A stretch of 51,390 nucleotides of DNA, taken from the NCBI GenBank assembly GCA_020051075.1, contig JAGVJP010000019.1, positions 1 through 51,390 on the forward strand, given 5' to 3'. Numbering within the stretch: the stretch's first letter is position 1; the number at the start of each line of letters is the position of its first letter. The notes below the pieces were generated by a model. It saw nothing but the letters and a program-made list of their open reading frames with translations. It was not told the DNA's origin and made no database searches. This DNA comes from Parachlamydiales bacterium. Lineage in GTDB: Bacteria; Chlamydiota; Chlamydiia; Chlamydiales; Parachlamydiaceae. The translations under genes and the position numbers were made by a program. Of this stretch, positions 47,464 through 51,390 are shown in pieces.

Positions 47464-48273
47464 ATGATTTTACGTATGCTCATGCTGTTCTTGACAGTGG
47501 TCATCCCATTGTCGGCAGCCCAAAAAAATAAAGAGACTCGAAATTTGCCTGGAATACTCGCTAGATGCCAAGGTGGCAATGGATGTGAAAGCTGTCGTGA
47601 GAAGCCTTCTGCGGCTGAATTGCTTGTCTCGTTACAAGCACTTTTGAATAATAACTTATTGCTGTTGCCGCAGCTGCAGCCTCTGCTTGTTCAACAGTTA
47701 CAGCAGATTATCACTGAGGGGCAAATAGGAATTCCTGGCCCTCAAGGCCCAGCGGGTCCTCAAGGTCCAGCAGGCTCCGCAGGCCCTCAAGGCCCAGCAG
47801 GTCCTGCAGGTCCGGTAGGTCCAACAGGAGCTCAGGGTGCAACAGGTTCCTCAGGTGGAGCAGAAATAGGGAATTACGCATATGTGTATAATACAGATCT
47901 TCAATCTGTAGGTTTACAAGTAGCTGTTGATTTCGGATTCGCTGGGCTAATATCGGGATTTTCATTTACTCCCGGTAATTCGGAACTTATTGCTCTAAAT
48001 GCAGGCATTTATCTGGTTCAGTTTAGTGTTTCCTCTAATGACCCTAACCAATTTGCTTTATTTCTAAATAATGTACCCATTACAGATACCATATATGGTT
48101 CTGGCGCAGGTACGCAACAAAACACTGGCCAGGCGATCATTTCGATGGGTGTGGGAGACTTTATCACTTTGGTAAACCACACTTCAGCAGCAGCTGTACC
48201 TCTTCAACCTCTCGCAGGTGGGACAGAGGCAAACGTGAATGCTTCTATAACGATTATGCAATTAAGTTCTTAA
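47464..48273 (+). CDS. Exported BclA-like collagen protein, copy 1
   Basis: Signal peptide ..IPLSA|A, CxxxxxCxxC, L/Q-rich helix, about 14 Gly-X-Y triplets, C-terminal head (YAYVYN...PNQFALF...YGSGAGTQQNTGQ...LAGGT..NVNASI). Confidence 0.85.
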   Translation: MILRMLMLFLTVVIPLSAAQKNKETRNLPGILARCQGGNGCESCREKPSAAELLVSLQALLNNNLLLLPQLQPLLVQQLQQIITEGQIGIPGPQGPAGPQGPAGSAGPQGPAGPAGPVGPTGAQGATGSSGGAEIGNYAYVYNTDLQSVGLQVAVDFGFAGLISGFSFTPGNSELIALNAGIYLVQFSVSSNDPNQFALFLNNVPITDTIYGSGAGTQQNTGQAIISMGVGDFITLVNHTSAAAVPLQPLAGGTEANVNASITIMQLSS

Positions 48274-48291
48274 ATACAGGAAAAGATTTTT

Positions 48292-49326
48292 ATGACAAAT
48301 TTATTCAAAAAAATTAATGTAGCACTCACTTTCCTATTAATGACATCGATGGGATATGCTTACGGAGATTACGCCAATTCATTTTCGTCTGGAAAGAGCG
48401 CTTCTTGCGGTTGTGCACCTACTTGCTGCTGCAAGCCTACTTGTTGTTGCGAGCCCACTTGCTGTGGTCAAGGATTCGTGACGGCTGAGCTATTGTATTG
48501 GAGAGCGTTCGAGACAGGACTCGATACATGTGTTCCTAACAGCACCTCTGACATCGTGACATCGGATGGAAAGGTCATTTCCAGATTCAGTGGAAGAGGC
48601 CGAGATCTCAATGCTGATTGGAATCCGGGTTTTCGGATCAACGGTTGGTACGAACTACCTTGTAGCTGTTGGGATGTGGGAGTCTCTTGGACCCATTTCG
48701 ATACAAATAACTCTCAAGGCCATGAGAATAGACGCAGATGGAATCTACATCTTGATGTGATCGATGTCTTTGCAGGATATGGTTATGATATCAATGCTTG
48801 TTTTTCGTTTAGACCATTTTTTGGTGTACGCAGCGCAAGAATCGATCAGAAGACCCACAATGGCGGTCGATTTTATAGTGACATAGATTCATCGCTGCCT
48901 AGCTATTCTTTAAGCTCTTATCTGTCTGATAATCGCGTGACAACAGTCAACAGAAACAAACAGAAATTCAATGGGGTTGGACCATTAATCGGTCTTGAAG
49001 CGGATTGGAACATCGGATGCGGTTTCAGTTTGTATGTCAGTGCTGATGTCACATGGTTGTATGGGCAATTTGATGTTCACCTCCATGAAGTTGCTGAGTT
49101 CTTCGATGGCGCTAATATTTGCAAATTCAGAAGCGACCTCGATACCGTTCTAGCTGGGGCTGATGCTGCCATAGGCGTTCGTTGGATAACAGACTGCTAC
49201 TGCAACACCCGATTGATCCTGCAAGTGGCTTTAGAACATCATATTTATTATGATTACAATCGTATTGGTAACTATGGGGATTTGAGTTTTGACGGTGTCA
49301 GCATCTCTGCTGGCCTCGAATTCTAA
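48292..49326 (+). CDS. Cys-rich MOMP/Lpg1974-like outer-membrane beta-barrel, copy 1
   Basis: Signal peptide, AELLYWRA, DWNPGFR, WD.G..WTHF, FNGVGP.IG, GDLSFDG, terminal Phe. Confidence 0.8.
   Translation: MTNLFKKINVALTFLLMTSMGYAYGDYANSFSSGKSASCGCAPTCCCKPTCCCEPTCCGQGFVTAELLYWRAFETGLDTCVPNSTSDIVTSDGKVISRFSGRGRDLNADWNPGFRINGWYELPCSCWDVGVSWTHFDTNNSQGHENRRRWNLHLDVIDVFAGYGYDINACFSFRPFFGVRSARIDQKTHNGGRFYSDIDSSLPSYSLSSYLSDNRVTTVNRNKQKFNGVGPLIGLEADWNIGCGFSLYVSADVTWLYGQFDVHLHEVAEFFDGANICKFRSDLDTVLAGADAAIGVRWITDCYCNTRLILQVALEHHIYYDYNRIGNYGDLSFDGVSISAGLEF
48406..48465 (+). repeat. 18-bp tandem repeat encoding C-[GC]-C-x-P-T
   Basis: CGCAPT-CCCKPT-CCCEPT-CC. Confidence 0.85.
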
Positions 49327-49364
49327 TTCCAATCATTATGTTTATTTTAGAGGTTAAGAAAAAT

Positions 49365-50180
49365 ATGATTTTACGTATGCTCATGCTGTTCTTGACATTG
49401 GTCATCCCATTGTCGGCGGCCCAGAAAGATAAAGAGATTCCTAATTTTCCCGGAGTACTCTCTAGATGCCAATCTTGTAATGGATGTGAAAACTGTCGTC
49501 AGAAGCCTTCTGCGGCTGAGTTACTTCTCTCTTTACAAGCAGTTTTGAATAATCAGTTATTGCTGTTGCCACAACTTCAACCCCTACTGATTCGACAGTT
49601 ACAGCAGATTGTCAATCAGGGGAATATAGTGGTTATCGGTTCTCAAGGTCCAGCAGGTCCAGCGGGTCCAGCGGGTCCAGCGGGTGTGATAGTAGGTCCA
49701 GTAGGCACGGCGGGAGTCCAGGGTGGAGCAGGAGCTCAGGGAGCAACAGGTGCAGCAGGGACAACAACATTCGATTACGCATATGTGTATAATACAGCCG
49801 CTGAAGACGTAGCTATAAATTCAGCTGTTACTTTCAATGCCCCCGGGGTGCTAACACCAGGATTTACATTTACTCCTGGCACTTCGAACATTAATATTAT
49901 AAACCCAGGTGTTTTTCTGATTGTGTTTTCTGTTTCTGGGGTTCAACCTAACCAATTTGCTTTATTTGTGAATGGGGTAGCGATTCCAGATTCAATATAT
50001 GGTTCTGGCGCAGGTACGCAACAAAACACTGGTCAGACGATCATTCGGATGAATGCAGCAGACACGCTCTCTTTGGTAAACGATAATTCGCCAGCAAGTC
50101 CTATAACTCTTCAAACGCTTGCAGGTGGTACGGAGGTGAACGTGAATGCATCAATAACGATTCGGAGATTAAGTTCTTAA
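49365..50180 (+). CDS. Exported BclA-like collagen protein, copy 2
   Basis: Same architecture as copy 1; collagen stretch interrupted; GAGG RBS before ATG 49365. Confidence 0.85.
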   Translation: MILRMLMLFLTLVIPLSAAQKDKEIPNFPGVLSRCQSCNGCENCRQKPSAAELLLSLQAVLNNQLLLLPQLQPLLIRQLQQIVNQGNIVVIGSQGPAGPAGPAGPAGVIVGPVGTAGVQGGAGAQGATGAAGTTTFDYAYVYNTAAEDVAINSAVTFNAPGVLTPGFTFTPGTSNINIINPGVFLIVFSVSGVQPNQFALFVNGVAIPDSIYGSGAGTQQNTGQTIIRMNAADTLSLVNDNSPASPITLQTLAGGTEVNVNASITIRRLSS

Positions 50181-50199
50181 TAGAGGAAAATATTTTTTT

Positions 50200-51207
50200 A
50201 TGACAAATTTTTTTAGTAAAATCAACGTAGCGATCACGCTTCTGTTGATGCCGTCGATAGGATATGCCTACGGAGATTATTCCAATACGTTACCCTATGC
50301 AGACAATATGAGCCCTCTCACTTGCTGCTGCGAGCCCACATGCTGTGGTCAAGGGTTCGTAACGGCTGAGCTATTGTATTGGAGAGCTTTTGAGACAGGG
50401 CTCGATACATGTGTTCCTAACAGCACCTCTGACATCGTGACGTCGGATGGTAAGGTTATTTCCAGATTTAGTGGAAGAGGCCGAGACCTCAATTTTGATT
50501 GGAATCCCGGTTTTCGTATCAATGGTTGGTATGATCTGCCATGCACCTGTTGGGATGTGGGAGTCTCCTGGACTCATTTCGATACAAACAGCTCTAGAGG
50601 CCACGAACACAGACACAGATGGAATATAAATCTTGATGTGATCGATGTCTTTGCAGGATATGGCTATGATATCAATGCGTGTTTTGCGTTTAGACCATTT
50701 TTTGGTGTGCGCAGCGCAAGAATCGATCAAAAGACCCACAGTGGTGGTCGATTTGATAGTGACATAGATTCATCGTTGCCTAGCTATTCATTAAGCTCTT
50801 ATCTGTCTGATAATCGTGTGACAACAGTCAACCGAAACAAACAGAAATTTAATGGGGTAGGACCATTAATCGGTCTTGAAGCAGACTGGAACATCGGATG
50901 CGGTTTCAGTTTGTATGTCAGTGCTGATGTCACATGGTTGTATGGGCAATTTGATGTTCATCTCCATGAAATAGCTGAGTTTTTTGATGGCGCTAATATT
51001 TGCAAATTCAGAAGTGACCTTGATACCGTTCTTGCTGGGGCTGATGCTGCCATAGGCGTCCGTTGGATAACAGATTGCTACTGCAACACCCGATTGATCG
51101 TGCAAGTGGCTTTAGAGCATCATAGCTACTACGATTTCAATCGCATCGGCAACTATGGCGATTTGAGCTTTGACGGTGTCAGCATCTCTGCTGGCCTTGG
51201 ATTCTAA
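50200..51207 (+). CDS. Cys-rich MOMP/Lpg1974-like beta-barrel, copy 2
   Basis: 17 aa differences from copy 1 over the roughly 295-aa barrel region (counted by eye). Confidence 0.8.
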   Translation: MTNFFSKINVAITLLLMPSIGYAYGDYSNTLPYADNMSPLTCCCEPTCCGQGFVTAELLYWRAFETGLDTCVPNSTSDIVTSDGKVISRFSGRGRDLNFDWNPGFRINGWYDLPCTCWDVGVSWTHFDTNSSRGHEHRHRWNINLDVIDVFAGYGYDINACFAFRPFFGVRSARIDQKTHSGGRFDSDIDSSLPSYSLSSYLSDNRVTTVNRNKQKFNGVGPLIGLEADWNIGCGFSLYVSADVTWLYGQFDVHLHEIAEFFDGANICKFRSDLDTVLAGADAAIGVRWITDCYCNTRLIVQVALEHHSYYDFNRIGNYGDLSFDGVSISAGLGF

Positions 51208-51224
51208 TCCCAATCCATTTGCAC

Positions 51225-51293
51225 AAAAGCGAAAGTCCTCTCTCTTTCGCTTTTGTGTGTTTGAATAATATCTCCCCATCCTTCCTATCCTAT
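51225..51293. repeat. Short family C hairpin (possible terminator) plus a family A remnant
   Basis: AAAAGCGAAAG-TCCTCTCT-CTTTCGCTTTT; CCCCATCCTTCCTATCC. Confidence 0.6.
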
Positions 51294-51390
51294 ACGCATC
51301 AGTTGCTATGCTGGATTTCGAGTCGATCTTATAAAGATCTTTCTTGAAAAAGAGCGAACACTCCAATTAATGTGTTTATTCACAAAAACC

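Noticed and set aside
1..51390. tRNA, rRNA, integrase or transposase genes
   Set aside because: None recognised by eye; a tRNAscan/Rfam run would be needed to exclude small RNAs

Overview
Chromosomal window of an environmental chlamydia (Parachlamydiaceae/Protochlamydia-like). The evidence is euo, the long chlamydial ThyX, three Npt/Tlc nucleotide transporters and the recJ-euo-tsp-gltX neighbourhood. Housekeeping genes: thyX, tyrP, uvrB, a DinG helicase, pgk, ntt3-ntt2...ntt1, recJ, euo, tsp, gltX, a DedA protein and a CDP-alcohol transferase. Four accessory blocks are interspersed. (1) 0.3-11.2 kb: two FkbM methyltransferases, four NodZ/FUT8-like (GT23) fucosyltransferases, a GT92-like enzyme and a collagen-like protein. 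All have N-terminal signal-like segments, and the block carries visible duplication scars. (2) 19.0-25.7 kb: a VioA/VioB-like amino-sugar plus GT2 cluster. (3) 33.7-35.8 kb: an AAA-ATPase/PD-(D/E)XK gene bracketed by direct repeats, next to an internally deleted DUF1778 antitoxin. (4) 47.4-51.2 kb: a tandemly duplicated two-gene module of a signal-peptide BclA-like collagen protein plus a Cys-rich MOMP/Lpg1974-like beta-barrel, in which the barrel is conserved and the collagen head diverges. Several palindromic REP/MITE-like repeat families fill the intergenic spaces, sometimes nested. The best candidates for an undescribed system are the collagen/porin module and the apparently exported glycan-modifying enzyme set, possibly parts of one spore-like glycosylated surface coat. 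All annotations come from motif recognition by eye; no database searches were run.
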